From contig PCNA01000003.1 of assembly GCA_002490245.1 (NCBI GenBank), forward strand, positions 1 to 40,054: a DNA stretch of 40,054 bases. The letters are read 5' to 3'. The translations under genes and the position numbers were made by a program. Shown one piece after another: positions 16,788 to 26,363 of the stretch. The number at the start of each line of letters is the position of its first letter. Within the stretch, counting starts at the first letter, position 1. The DNA is from Candidatus Bathyarchaeota archaeon B24-2. GTDB lineage: Archaea; Thermoproteota; Bathyarchaeia; Bathyarchaeales; B24-2. Under the pieces are notes generated by a model. It ran no database searches and was not told the origin of the DNA. It saw nothing but the letters and a program-made list of their open reading frames with translations.

Positions 16788-17141
16788 ATGGCTAAAGTAT
16801 CGAAGTTCGAGCTTTTGAGTGGAGAAAAGAAGTTTACCGCCGTTAAATTAACCGTGGAGAACGCCGTCTTCATGCTTCTCAGCGAGGATGAAGAGAGCCT
16901 CGGAACACTAGCCGTAGCGATCCCACAGAAAGGCGGTATGCTCGGTCCGTCGATCTCCTCTGTTCTTCTAGGCAACCGTGAATCCATGCTTACGAGGATG
17001 CTAGCTGAGCGGCTTGCACATTTAACCGGAAAGATGAGCCTAGTGTCTCTCTTCGCTAGAACGGTATACGGCATGGAGGCCGCTAAACTATACGCGAAGC
17101 TTTTTGACGGTGTTATGAAGGCTGAGGAGAGAAGTCTATGA
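16788..17141 (+). CDS. small protein translationally coupled to the UbiD-family gene (possible LpdD-like accessory or chaperone)
   Basis: 117 aa. Its stop overlaps the UbiD ATG (ATGA at 17138-17141). My recollection of LpdD similarity is weak. Confidence 0.5.
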   Translation: MAKVSKFELLSGEKKFTAVKLTVENAVFMLLSEDEESLGTLAVAIPQKGGMLGPSISSVLLGNRESMLTRMLAERLAHLTGKMSLVSLFARTVYGMEAAKLYAKLFDGVMKAEERSL

Positions 17142-18481
17142 GCCTTAGAGGGTTCCTCTCTGAAATGGAGGAGCGTCGAGAGGTAGTCCATATCGAGGAA
17201 TCCGTCTCTCCTCGGTTTGAGGTCTCAAAGCTAGCTATGGAGTTCGACGGAGGACCTATACTATTCTTCGAGAACGTCGAGGGAAAGAAGGTCGTCGTGA
17301 ACGTATGTGGAAGTCGGGATAGGATATGCCTTGCCTTAAAGTCAAGGCGCCAAGACCTTCATAGAAAGCTCGTTACCTCCATGCACTACTTGAGAACTCC
17401 TGAGGTAGTCGATTCGGCTCCCTCTCAAGAAGTCGAGGAACCCGATTTAGGAGATATACCTATCCTAACACACTTCGAGAAGGACGGTGGCCCATACATA
17501 ACTTCAGGTGTTATATACGCTAGAAGCTCTAAGCTAGGAGTCGAGAACGTTTCCATTCATAGGCTTCAAGTTCTAGACGACTCGACCCTAGCCATAAGGC
17601 TTGTTCCGAGGCATCTATACAAGTTGTGGATGGCCCATAAGATGGAGAAAAAAGACTTGGAAGTCTCGGTCTCTGTCGGCGTCCACCCAGCAGTTCATCT
17701 AGCAGCCGCAAGCTCACCGCCGTTCGGCGTAAACGAGTTCCATATAGCGAACAGCCTTTTAGCCGGAGAACTTAAACTGGTTAAATGCTTGAAGGTGGAT
17801 GCCTACGCTCCTGCCGAAGCGGAATTGATCATCGAAGGCATAATCTCATGGGAGAGGGAGGCGCTGGAAGGCCCTCTCGTGGATATTCTAGGCACATACG
17901 ACGTCCAGAGAATGCAGCCGATAGTCGAAGTTAAGGCTGTAACGCACAGGAAAGACTATGTATACCAAGCGATCGTCCCTTCGAGCATGGAGCACAAGCT
18001 ACTTATGGGTCTCCCTAGAGAGGCTTTGATCTGGGAGGCTGTCTCTAAGGTCGTTCCTGAGGTTTATGGCGTCAGGTTGACTATGGCTGGAGGTGGATGG
18101 CTGCACGCCGTGGTCTCGATAAGGAAGCAGAGGGAGGGAGACGGAAAGAACGCTCTTCTCGCGGCGCTTGCAGCGCATCCAAGCCTAAAGCACGTTGTCG
18201 TAGTGGACGAAGACATAGACGTTTACGATAGCGAGGCGGTCGAGTGGGCTATAGCTACGAGGTTTCAGGCAGATAGGGACCTCATAGTGGTGAAAGACGT
18301 GAGGGGGTCGACGCTCGACCCCTCCTCCGACCAAGAGAGAGTCCTAACTTCGAAGGTCGGGGTCGACGCGACCAAACCTATGGATAAGCCTAAAGAGAAG
18401 TTTGAGCCTGCGACTATACCATCGACGAGTAGGATAGAAGGGCTTATCGAGAGTTTAAGGAAGCGGTTAGCTATAAGGTGA
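17138..18481 (+). CDS. UbiD-family decarboxylase, probably trans-anhydromevalonate 5-phosphate decarboxylase
   Basis: 447 aa with UbiD-like length and layout. It is convergent (2-nt gap) with the aconitase-X genes of the archaeal mevalonate pathway. Confidence 0.65.
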   Translation: MSLRGFLSEMEERREVVHIEESVSPRFEVSKLAMEFDGGPILFFENVEGKKVVVNVCGSRDRICLALKSRRQDLHRKLVTSMHYLRTPEVVDSAPSQEVEEPDLGDIPILTHFEKDGGPYITSGVIYARSSKLGVENVSIHRLQVLDDSTLAIRLVPRHLYKLWMAHKMEKKDLEVSVSVGVHPAVHLAAASSPPFGVNEFHIANSLLAGELKLVKCLKVDAYAPAEAELIIEGIISWEREALEGPLVDILGTYDVQRMQPIVEVKAVTHRKDYVYQAIVPSSMEHKLLMGLPREALIWEAVSKVVPEVYGVRLTMAGGGWLHAVVSIRKQREGDGKNALLAALAAHPSLKHVVVVDEDIDVYDSEAVEWAIATRFQADRDLIVVKDVRGSTLDPSSDQERVLTSKVGVDATKPMDKPKEKFEPATIPSTSRIEGLIESLRKRLAIR

Positions 18482-18483
18482 AG

Positions 18484-19659
18484 TCAACTTTCACATGCCT
18501 TCTCGACGCACTCGCGAAGCGAGGCTAGAGAGACTTCGACTCGATTCATGTTCGGCGCATAATACGCCGTCTTAGCCGAGTTCGTTAACAGAGAGTCTAT
18601 ACCCAACTCCTCAATCCAGCTTACGATGATGCAGGTATCGCATAAAACCTTTCCACCGGCACGCTCGATGATTTCCACATACTCCTTCGACGTTCTTTTG
18701 ACGTGACGGGACGTGCACACCCATAATCGAACGTCTTCCCTCACTTTCTTGCCGTAGAGAATGCTCGCAATCTCCTTTATCTCTGAGTATGAGCAGTGCG
18801 GGCATCCTATGAAAACTAGGTCTGGCTTCTCGACCTCAGATGATATGTCGCTGAGAGAGTTCTTTAGGTCCCTTTCTCCGACGCTTATCTTCTCTTGAGG
18901 AAGAGAACTCGACTTCTGAGATAGGATGAAACGTGAAACCATACCGCTTGAGGCTAAGGCTGCCCCGAGCTGCTTTAACTCCCTCTCTTTCGGGCTTTTA
19001 AGACCTTGAATCACAGGTATTTCGTCGCCTAGGACTTTCCCTAGATGTATTCCTAAGACCCCGAACTTCTCCTCGCTTCTTAAGTCAGCGTCCACGGTAA
19101 CCATAACTTTACCTTCCCTTTCCTCCGGCCTATGCATCCCGTAATTCGGCGTCGCACCGATTATAGCAGAGGCTAAGGCGCTTGGGCCACCCTCCCTGTT
19201 CGTCCACGAGCCTAACACGGAGTTCGCATAAACCACGGCGGAGGATTCAGCCCAAGAGAGGTGGACGTTCCTCGGAGGCTTACTTATGTAATATGGAGTG
19301 CACGAGAGGGTTTGCTTAACGCCGAGGTCTTCGTAAAGCCTAAGAATCCTTTTCTGAGCGTTCAACCTATGCTCCGTTAACCTCATGAGTTGAGGTCTCT
19401 CTAGGTCGAAGGCCGCCGGATTTAAGGTTGCGGGAGCCTTAACTTTAACGCCTGAAGCGGCTAGCTCCTCCAGAAACTCTGTAGCCGCATCGCCGAGGGT
19501 CTTGTAAGATACACCGGAGATATGTGCCGAGTGTATGGGTATAAGCCTATCTGCCTTGAATAGGTCTCCCAGTTTAACGAGGATCCTCATAGCTACCTGT
19601 ATAGCCCAGCCATACTCACCGTCTAAGGCCCTCTCCTCATCCTTGGTTAGGTACACCAC
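18484..19659 (-). CDS. aconitase X catalytic (large) subunit, probable phosphomevalonate dehydratase
   Basis: 391 aa in the DUF521-like size class. It overlaps the small-subunit gene by 1 nt. Confidence 0.65.
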   Translation of the reverse strand: MVYLTKDEERALDGEYGWAIQVAMRILVKLGDLFKADRLIPIHSAHISGVSYKTLGDAATEFLEELAASGVKVKAPATLNPAAFDLERPQLMRLTEHRLNAQKRILRLYEDLGVKQTLSCTPYYISKPPRNVHLSWAESSAVVYANSVLGSWTNREGGPSALASAIIGATPNYGMHRPEEREGKVMVTVDADLRSEEKFGVLGIHLGKVLGDEIPVIQGLKSPKERELKQLGAALASSGMVSRFILSQKSSSLPQEKISVGERDLKNSLSDISSEVEKPDLVFIGCPHCSYSEIKEIASILYGKKVREDVRLWVCTSRHVKRTSKEYVEIIERAGGKVLCDTCIIVSWIEELGIDSLLTNSAKTAYYAPNMNRVEVSLASLRECVEKACES

Positions 19660-20066
19660 TACATCCTCCTAAATACCGTAACGGTTCCTGCCTCCCCATC
19701 GACTTCGACTATATCTGAAGAACGGATCTTTGTTAGGTCGATATGGTCTACCATCGGGATAGACCCTATGATGGCGCCTACAACAACCACGGGATCGGCT
19801 AGCTCGTTCACTATGGCCTTAGGAGCCCTCCCTCTCTTAGCTAGGGTGTATAGGGTATAGCTTCCAACGGTCGAGCCACGGCCGTGGGGAAAGCAGAGTA
19901 TCTTGCCGGTTACTACCGTGCCTCGTAGATCGTGGCCCTCCTCGATTATCCTTCCAGTATTCACGTCAACCCCCTTAAGAAGGTTTAAAGGCGTGCTCGA
20001 AACTAAGGCCTTTCCTCTAGCTTTGCCTTCGACTATAGGACGTCCTTTGAGGATTATCTTCTTCAT
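19659..20066 (-). CDS. aconitase X swivel (small) subunit, probable phosphomevalonate dehydratase
   Basis: 135 aa in the DUF126-like size class with GRGSTVGSY. It lies immediately upstream of the large subunit. Confidence 0.6.
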   Translation of the reverse strand: MKKIILKGRPIVEGKARGKALVSSTPLNLLKGVDVNTGRIIEEGHDLRGTVVTGKILCFPHGRGSTVGSYTLYTLAKRGRAPKAIVNELADPVVVVGAIIGSIPMVDHIDLTKIRSSDIVEVDGEAGTVTVFRRM

Positions 20067-20081
20067 TCGACCACCTTAACC

Positions 20082-21374
20082 CTAGAACGATATGCGCGCC
20101 GAGAAGGGTGTATCGCCTAAAATCTTCTTAGCGGCCTCCCTAACCTGACTTCTATACCTATCTTCCGTGTATATACGAAGGATGTTGACGAAACCTTTTA
20201 GGGCGCTGAAGATTCCAGATATCCTGTTTAAGTCTAGAGGGACTTTCTCTCCGTTTTTAGTCCTCTTGAAGACTGGAACCTCCATGGGTTCCAGTAGTAT
20301 CGAGTGTCTATACGGAACCGAGGGAACGTTGGGTACGTCGACTATAACATATGACGAATCCACTTTAGCTTCGTTCGCTATCTCCTCCTCGACGTTTCTA
20401 CGAAACTCTTCTTTACCGAACAGGCTGGATATGAATTCGTCCTTAACTTGGAAAGTCCTTTCATAAACGCATTTCAGTAGGTCTCTATTCTCTAATCTCC
20501 TGATGGTTTCTGCCGCTCCCTCACTCTCCTTAAGCATACTCCACGTTGTATAGTCGTCTTTAGCTAGATAGCGTTCAGGATCCTCGAAGTCTAGGAGGCC
20601 AAGCTCGTCTTTAGCCCTCTCCATAGCATACGCCAGCATTATTTGAACCGCCCTAGAAGTCCTGTGGAAGTATATGCTCTTAAAAGATTCCACCCTAGCT
20701 AAGATGAAGGACTCGAACGCGGACAACGCGCCTACATCAAGCGCTAGGTTATCTTCTAGGATATCGAGGGTTCTTAAGAGACGATAGACGTCCACGAATC
20801 CATACTCTGCCCCGGTATGATAAGTGTCTCTAACTATGAAGTCTAGCTTGTCCACGTCCACAGCGCTTCTGATGACTTGGTCCAAAAAAGCTTTACCTTT
20901 TTCATGTAGCCCACCTACGGCTAGCCTAGCTATCTTATCAGGGTTAAAACCGAGGCTTCTAAGCTTATCGCCGAGTTCAGACTTAGTTATGACCCATCTC
21001 GTTAGGTCCTCATGGGTTTTAGAAAGAAACTTCTCTAGCAGATGCTCGTATACGTGAGAGAATGGACCATGACCAACATCGTGTAAGAGCGCTGCAAGCC
21101 TCACCTCCTTAGCTTCGTCCCCGGATATCACTTGAGATAAATGAGGATTTTGAAGCAGGACTTTCGTGAGATAAAGAACTCCTATAGAGTGCTCAAATCG
21201 AGTGTGATTTGCCCCGGGATAGACGTATTCTGAGCCGGCTAGCTGTCTGATTCTTCTAAGTCTTTGCACAGGATATGTATCTATTATCTCCTTTTCCACT
21301 TCAGAGATGTAGACGTAACCGTGGACGGGATCTTTAATCTCTCCCCAAGTCTTCTCAGACATATCGACCAACAT
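20082..21374 (-). CDS. HD-domain phosphohydrolase (dNTP triphosphohydrolase/SAMHD1-like)
   Basis: 430 aa with HTRFEHSIGV and HDVGHGPFSH. Confidence 0.75.
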   Translation of the reverse strand: MLVDMSEKTWGEIKDPVHGYVYISEVEKEIIDTYPVQRLRRIRQLAGSEYVYPGANHTRFEHSIGVLYLTKVLLQNPHLSQVISGDEAKEVRLAALLHDVGHGPFSHVYEHLLEKFLSKTHEDLTRWVITKSELGDKLRSLGFNPDKIARLAVGGLHEKGKAFLDQVIRSAVDVDKLDFIVRDTYHTGAEYGFVDVYRLLRTLDILEDNLALDVGALSAFESFILARVESFKSIYFHRTSRAVQIMLAYAMERAKDELGLLDFEDPERYLAKDDYTTWSMLKESEGAAETIRRLENRDLLKCVYERTFQVKDEFISSLFGKEEFRRNVEEEIANEAKVDSSYVIVDVPNVPSVPYRHSILLEPMEVPVFKRTKNGEKVPLDLNRISGIFSALKGFVNILRIYTEDRYRSQVREAAKKILGDTPFSARISF

Positions 21375-21456
21375 TCAGAGCTTAATTTTTAGACTATATT
21401 TAAAATCATCATTACTTACATATTATAGTTGACCTTTCCAGAGGAAAAATGGGGAA

Positions 21457-22077
21457 ATGGTTAAGGAAGGTGTCTTCATCTGTCTTGAAGGGTTAGACGC
21501 CAGCGGTAAGACCACACACTCAAAACTGTTGGTTAGGAAGCTCCGCAAGATGGGGTTGACTGCCCGTTACACGAGGGAGCCAAGCAACGGAGAGATCGGG
21601 CGACTGATAAGGAAAATGATCCTCAAGAGGGAAGAAAGGACCAAGATAGCGATCGAGGCTTTACTATTCGCAGCCGACCGTTTAGACCACATCCAAAGAG
21701 AAATAGCCCCTAGCTTGGCTAGAGGGGAAATAGTCGTATCGGATCGATACTTATACTCTTCTCTAGCCTACCAAGGAGGAGCTGGGTTAGACTTAGACTG
21801 GATCGAAGAGCTTAATAAGTTTGCTTTAAAACCGGACCTAGCTCTATACATCGATGTTCCGCCGGAAGTGGCGATCAAGAGGTTGAGTAGAGAGAAGAGC
21901 GTTATGGAGAGACTCGAAACACAGAGGAGAGTGCGAGAGATATACTTGCAGATGGTCAAAGACGGAAGGATAGTCTATGTAGACGGAAACAGAACGATAA
22001 GAGCCGTTTCACGTGAGATCTTAGATATCGTTAAGGGATTCCTTAAAGAGAGAGGGTTGTTGGCTAAGGAATCTTAA
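21457..22077 (+). CDS. tmk: thymidylate kinase
   Basis: 206 aa with the P-loop GLDASGKTT, the REP segment and SDRYLYSSLAYQ. Confidence 0.85.
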   Translation: MVKEGVFICLEGLDASGKTTHSKLLVRKLRKMGLTARYTREPSNGEIGRLIRKMILKREERTKIAIEALLFAADRLDHIQREIAPSLARGEIVVSDRYLYSSLAYQGGAGLDLDWIEELNKFALKPDLALYIDVPPEVAIKRLSREKSVMERLETQRRVREIYLQMVKDGRIVYVDGNRTIRAVSREILDIVKGFLKERGLLAKES

Positions 22078-22079
22078 TT

Positions 22080-22610
22080 TTAAACCTCGATTAGATCGAC
22101 CGTCTCGAACACTTCTTCTCGACCTACACCTAAAATCGAGGATATCTCATCTAAAAGATATTCGATGAACGAGCTGAACGATATCCTTCTAGTGCCTCTT
22201 TCATGGAAGTATTTAATAGTCAAAACTTCTTCGCCAAAGCTAAAGCGGAGTATGCCGTAATCGAACTTTAGGGGCTTCGGTTTTCGATTCGCCGTTTTTC
22301 TATAATATTTCAGGACTAAGAAGAAATCCATCAAGCTAAACGGTTCTTCCTCGATCTTTCTAGAGATGGATCTAGCTTCATCCGGACCTATGAAAGTGAA
22401 GACTCCGCCTTCAGCAAAGCCAAACTCGAAAAGGACGATTATTTCCTCATCGCCGGTTAGATCCGATATCTCTGAGAGCTCAACGGAGGAATCGTTCAGT
22501 TCAAGTATAACGTTCAATATGGCGAGCTGGATAGCCCGAATGTCGATTCTATATCTAAGCGTCAGTCTACCATGAAAGACGTCTGGAAAGAAGTCGTATC
22601 TGCCAAGCAT
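22080..22610 (-). CDS. hypothetical protein
   Basis: 176-aa ORF starting 20 nt downstream of the zinc-ribbon gene 22631..22990. No motif was recognised. Confidence 0.5.
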   Translation of the reverse strand: MLGRYDFFPDVFHGRLTLRYRIDIRAIQLAILNVILELNDSSVELSEISDLTGDEEIIVLFEFGFAEGGVFTFIGPDEARSISRKIEEEPFSLMDFFLVLKYYRKTANRKPKPLKFDYGILRFSFGEEVLTIKYFHERGTRRISFSSFIEYLLDEISSILGVGREEVFETVDLIEV

Positions 22611-22630
22611 GGGTTAAATATACACCAGCG

Positions 22631-22990
22631 TTAATCTCCGCTCTTAAGCAGTCTCCGCACTCTACTTAGATTCTCGAGCATGTTTAATAACACTTTTCCT
22701 AGGTCTCCGACTTTTTCCGGATCGCTTTCTTTACTTATCAGGGAATTCAGCTCTTCGATCTTCATCAGAAGTGTGTTTTCAAGGTTATTCAGAACTATAG
22801 GTGTGAAGGCTTCGGCTGTAGCTCCCTCTCTGACGACCACCACACGCTTCTTACATTTTCCACACCAAAGCTCGCCGCTCGGCAACCGGAACAGGGGAGA
22901 TGAACACTTTGGACAGGAAAGACTGGTCATAGTAGCTCCTTGTCTCAGGAGGCTTGCCAAGTCCTTAAGGTCTTTCGAACCGCCGCTCAA
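22631..22990 (-). CDS. zinc-ribbon protein of the UPF0148 / autoantigen-p27-like family
   Basis: 119 aa with CPKCSSPLF...WCGKCKK followed by a helical tail. Confidence 0.55.
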   Translation of the reverse strand: MSGGSKDLKDLASLLRQGATMTSLSCPKCSSPLFRLPSGELWCGKCKKRVVVVREGATAEAFTPIVLNNLENTLLMKIEELNSLISKESDPEKVGDLGKVLLNMLENLSRVRRLLKSGD

Positions 22991-23065
22991 AACCTAAACC
23001 TCAGAAAGGATTTTAATTACCTTTGTATTTATGAATATTATTAATATTTAATGGAGGCTTATTAA

Positions 23066-23344
23066 TTGGTACGGAAAAAGAAGCTTAAGGAGTATGAAGA
23101 AAGGATAAATCAAGCGGTGGCCATACTTCAACAGGTTTCAGAAGATACAACTACCCCTAGGAATATAAGGAGGGTTGCAAAAGAGTCGATAGACACCTTA
23201 AGCTCAGGTGAGGGAACCTACGCTGTTAGAGCGTCGAACGCGATCTCTCTACTAGACGAGATTCTTCAAGACCCTAATATGCCGCCTTACACACGCGTTA
23301 AACTGTGGAACGTGATGAGTCTACTAGAAGGTATAACCGATTAA
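23066..23344 (+). CDS. UPF0147-family small helical protein
   Basis: 92 aa with PRNIRR...AISLLDEI...DPNMP...R, the pattern I recall for UPF0147. It has a TTG start. Confidence 0.55.
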   Translation: MVRKKKLKEYEERINQAVAILQQVSEDTTTPRNIRRVAKESIDTLSSGEGTYAVRASNAISLLDEILQDPNMPPYTRVKLWNVMSLLEGITD

Positions 23345-23412
23345 ACGCCGTAGAACAGTTTTCGCTCGACGACTCTCTAAAAAAGGAGAGGGGAACCGGG
23401 AAAGGGCGGCGT

Positions 23413-23428
23413 TAAACCTTAAGGTTTA
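23413..23428. repeat. perfect 16-bp palindrome TAAACCTTAAGGTTTA
   Basis: The sequence is self-complementary. It lies about 75 nt upstream of the 23501 gene and is preceded by a 7-bp inverted pair, AACGCCG (23344-23350) and CGGCGTT (23407-23413). Confidence 0.3.
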
Positions 23429-23500
23429 GCGAAAATTATCCAACCGATTAGAATATATTATGCTTTTTACATCATTTTTCTGGTTATCGGAGGATATCGA

Positions 23501-24886
23501 TTGAAATACGATGTCGTGATCGTCGGTTCTGGTCCTGCAGGGATATTCTCGGCTCTAGAGCTCTCTAAGAATTCTGACCTTAAAACTCTAATGTTGGATA
23601 AAGGACCAGACCTCGATCAGCGTAGATGCCCCGCTTCTAGAGGATTCGGATGCTTAAAATGCGACCCCTGTGTCTTGCTTCAAGGTTGGGGTGGGGCAGG
23701 CGCGTTCAGCGACGGGAAACTTACACTCTCAACAGAAGTCGGTGGCTGGCTCAGCGACTATATAGATAAAGAGAAACTAGGGAGACTAATCGATTACGTC
23801 GACAAGATATACCTTAAGTACGGCGCTCCAGAGGAGGTTTATGGATCGAACCTTGATAAGATAGAGGATATCGAGAGGAGAGCGACGTTCGCAGGTCTTC
23901 GTTTAGTTCGCCAGAAACTGCGGCATATGGGGACCGAAAGATGCTATAAGACTTTGAAGAACGTGAGAAGGGACCTTGAAAAGAAGGTGGACATTAGGAC
24001 TTGGGTAAACGTGAAGGACGTCCTCGTAAAGGATGGAAAAGTGGTCGGCGTCAGAACTTCAAGCGGGGAAAAGATACTAAGTAGATATGTGATTCTCGCT
24101 CCTGGAAGGAGCGGGGCTGAATGGCTTACCCTAGAGTCGCAGGCGCTAGGCATAAAGACTTACAATAACCCGGTCGACGTCGGTGTTAGGGTGGAAGTTA
24201 AAGCTCCGATAATGGAGGAGCTCACCGACGCCCTCTACGAGCCTAAGTTCATCTACTACTCTAAGGCCTTCGACGACCAAGTGAGGACGTTTTGCGTTAA
24301 CCCCTACGGCGAAGTGATAACAGAGTCCTATAACAACATAGTCACGGTTAACGGTCAGAGTTACTCTGACAGGAAGACCGAAAACACGAACTTCGCGATA
24401 CTCGTCAGCACATCGTTCACCGAACCGTTTAGAGAGCCCATATCCTATGGAAAGTATCTGGCTTGGTTAACTAACCTCCTCAGCGGCGGAGTGATCATAC
24501 AGAGGCTAGGAGACTTAGAAGCCGGCAGACGTTCAACCAGAGAGAGGATAAAGAGGAGCTCCGTCACACCAACCTTAAAGACCGCGACGCCGGGAGACCT
24601 AAGCTTCGTGCTCCCGTACAGGTATCTAACAGACATAAAAGAGATGCTGAAAGCGTTAGACCAGATAGCGCCGGGAATAGCCTCGAAGGATACTCTACTC
24701 TACGGCACGGAAGTCAAATTCTATAGCTCGAGACTAGACGTTAGTAACGAATTGGAAACTAGGATAAAGAATCTATTCGCCATAGGAGATGGAGCGGGTA
24801 TAACTAGAGGGCTTATTCAAGCGTCCGTTTCCGGGGTGATAGCTGCCAGAGCGATCTTGAAGAGAGAATCGAAGAATAGGACTTAA
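23501..24886 (+). CDS. FAD-dependent oxidoreductase (COG2509-like)
   Basis: 461 aa with an N-terminal VVIVGSGPAG dinucleotide fold, a C-terminal GDGAG motif and a TTG start. Confidence 0.7.
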   Translation: MKYDVVIVGSGPAGIFSALELSKNSDLKTLMLDKGPDLDQRRCPASRGFGCLKCDPCVLLQGWGGAGAFSDGKLTLSTEVGGWLSDYIDKEKLGRLIDYVDKIYLKYGAPEEVYGSNLDKIEDIERRATFAGLRLVRQKLRHMGTERCYKTLKNVRRDLEKKVDIRTWVNVKDVLVKDGKVVGVRTSSGEKILSRYVILAPGRSGAEWLTLESQALGIKTYNNPVDVGVRVEVKAPIMEELTDALYEPKFIYYSKAFDDQVRTFCVNPYGEVITESYNNIVTVNGQSYSDRKTENTNFAILVSTSFTEPFREPISYGKYLAWLTNLLSGGVIIQRLGDLEAGRRSTRERIKRSSVTPTLKTATPGDLSFVLPYRYLTDIKEMLKALDQIAPGIASKDTLLYGTEVKFYSSRLDVSNELETRIKNLFAIGDGAGITRGLIQASVSGVIAARAILKRESKNRT

Positions 24887-25245
24887 GGTGATGCTTCGAG
24901 TCTTAGAAACGGACCACTCTGATAGTAAACTTTGCAGAAAATAGCGTGTATAGAGCAGCCACTATTTTATGGGATATTTCTAGGATGCTCCGACGACCAT
25001 AGCCGAGAAGCTCACACTATTAATGAGAGATTCTTTTAGCAACGGAGGTTTCCTCTTAACGCAGTTGAATTAACGGGTTTAGATTGTCCATAAGATATAT
25101 TTAGTTTCGTCGATGTAACAAGCAGATATGTCTAGGTTTAAAGTAGACGAGAGGTTAGAGAGGCTAGTTAGCCCGCCGACGAAGTAGCAGAAAAAAGTTA
25201 GCGAGGAGGGAGAGGAGATTCTTTAAGGCGTTAGCCGATAAGAGT

Positions 25246-26277
25246 ATGCTGAAGGTGAACCAGATGGATAGGCCTAAAATCCTGATTACAGCCCCTATCC
25301 ATGAAGCAGGGTTAACTTTACTGAGGAACGTGGCAGAGATACGTACGGCTTCTCCGAGTCAAGCTCTCATCAAAGAAAACCTCATGAGGGAAGTAAAGGA
25401 CGTAGATGCGTTGATAGTCGTCAGGTCTAGGGAGCCCGTAGACGAAGAAGTGATCGAAGAGGGGAGAAATTTAAAGATCATATCGAGGCACGGTGCTGGA
25501 TACGAGAACGTAGACGTCGAAGCCGCTACAAAGCGAGGTATCTTCGTTACGTACGCTCCGGTGAACGCGAAGACGGTCGCCGACTTAACTATGGGCATGA
25601 TAGTTTGCTTACTTAGGAGGATACATGAGGGGGACAGGCTGGTTAAGAGTGGGGATTGGTATCGAGGGCAGCGGTTAAGTCCTCCCTTGATGGGAGTAGA
25701 CGTTTACGGCAAAACTCTCGGCATAATCGGGTTAGGTAGGATCGGAGCCGAAGTTGCTAAACGCGCTAGAGGATTCGACATGAAGATCCTATATTATGAC
25801 GTCGTAAAAAAGAGGGAATACGAGGAGGAGCTTGGAGTCGAATATCGAGAGTTAGACGCCTTACTGAGAGAGTCGGACATAGTTTCAATCCACGTTCCGC
25901 TAAGTAAGAGGACCGAAAATTTGATCTCTGAACGCGAACTTAAACTCATGAAAAAGACGGCATACCTCATAAATACGTCTAGAGGCAGGGTTGTAAATCA
26001 AGACGACCTATATAGAGCGTTAAGCGAGAACTGGATTGCAGGGGCGGCTCTAGACGTCTTTAGAGAAGAACCTTTACCACCGGATGCTCCTATAGCGAAG
26101 CTGAAAAACGTTTTATTCACCCCACATATAGGCGGCGCAACCAAGGACTGCATGAGAAGAATGTCCCTTACAGTAGCTAGAGACGTAATAAAGGCTTTGC
26201 GTGGTGAAGTACCGGAGTATCTAGTCAACCCAGAGGTGTTAGAGATAATAAAACAGAGAGGACGGCCTTTAAGTTAA
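25246..26277 (+). CDS. D-2-hydroxyacid dehydrogenase (glyoxylate reductase/PGDH family)
   Basis: 343 aa with GLGRIGAEVAKRA, SRGRVV and the HIGGAT catalytic His region. An alternative start is the ATG at 25264. Confidence 0.8.
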   Translation: MLKVNQMDRPKILITAPIHEAGLTLLRNVAEIRTASPSQALIKENLMREVKDVDALIVVRSREPVDEEVIEEGRNLKIISRHGAGYENVDVEAATKRGIFVTYAPVNAKTVADLTMGMIVCLLRRIHEGDRLVKSGDWYRGQRLSPPLMGVDVYGKTLGIIGLGRIGAEVAKRARGFDMKILYYDVVKKREYEEELGVEYRELDALLRESDIVSIHVPLSKRTENLISERELKLMKKTAYLINTSRGRVVNQDDLYRALSENWIAGAALDVFREEPLPPDAPIAKLKNVLFTPHIGGATKDCMRRMSLTVARDVIKALRGEVPEYLVNPEVLEIIKQRGRPLS

Positions 26278-26363
26278 ACGTTCTCTAACACGACCACTCA
26301 GTTCAGGAAATAGAGAATTCTTTTAGCCAATTATCTTAGCCAAGGCTAACAGTTCCTTTAAGA

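Noticed and set aside
16739-17191. N-terminal 151 codons of the 375-aa track ORF 16064..17191.
   Set aside because: Endonuclease III homology begins at the internal Met (ATG at 16738). The upstream part is Ser/Leu/Arg-rich and overlaps the + strand gene 16788..17141, which is translationally coupled to the UbiD gene. A TATA-rich divergent promoter lies at 16739..16787.
24887-24930. A C/D box sRNA, suggested by GUGAUGC followed by CUGA. A similar AUGAUGA occurs near 27939.
   Set aside because: Only single partial boxes are present. There is no C'/D' pair, the spacing is wrong, and no terminal stem is seen.
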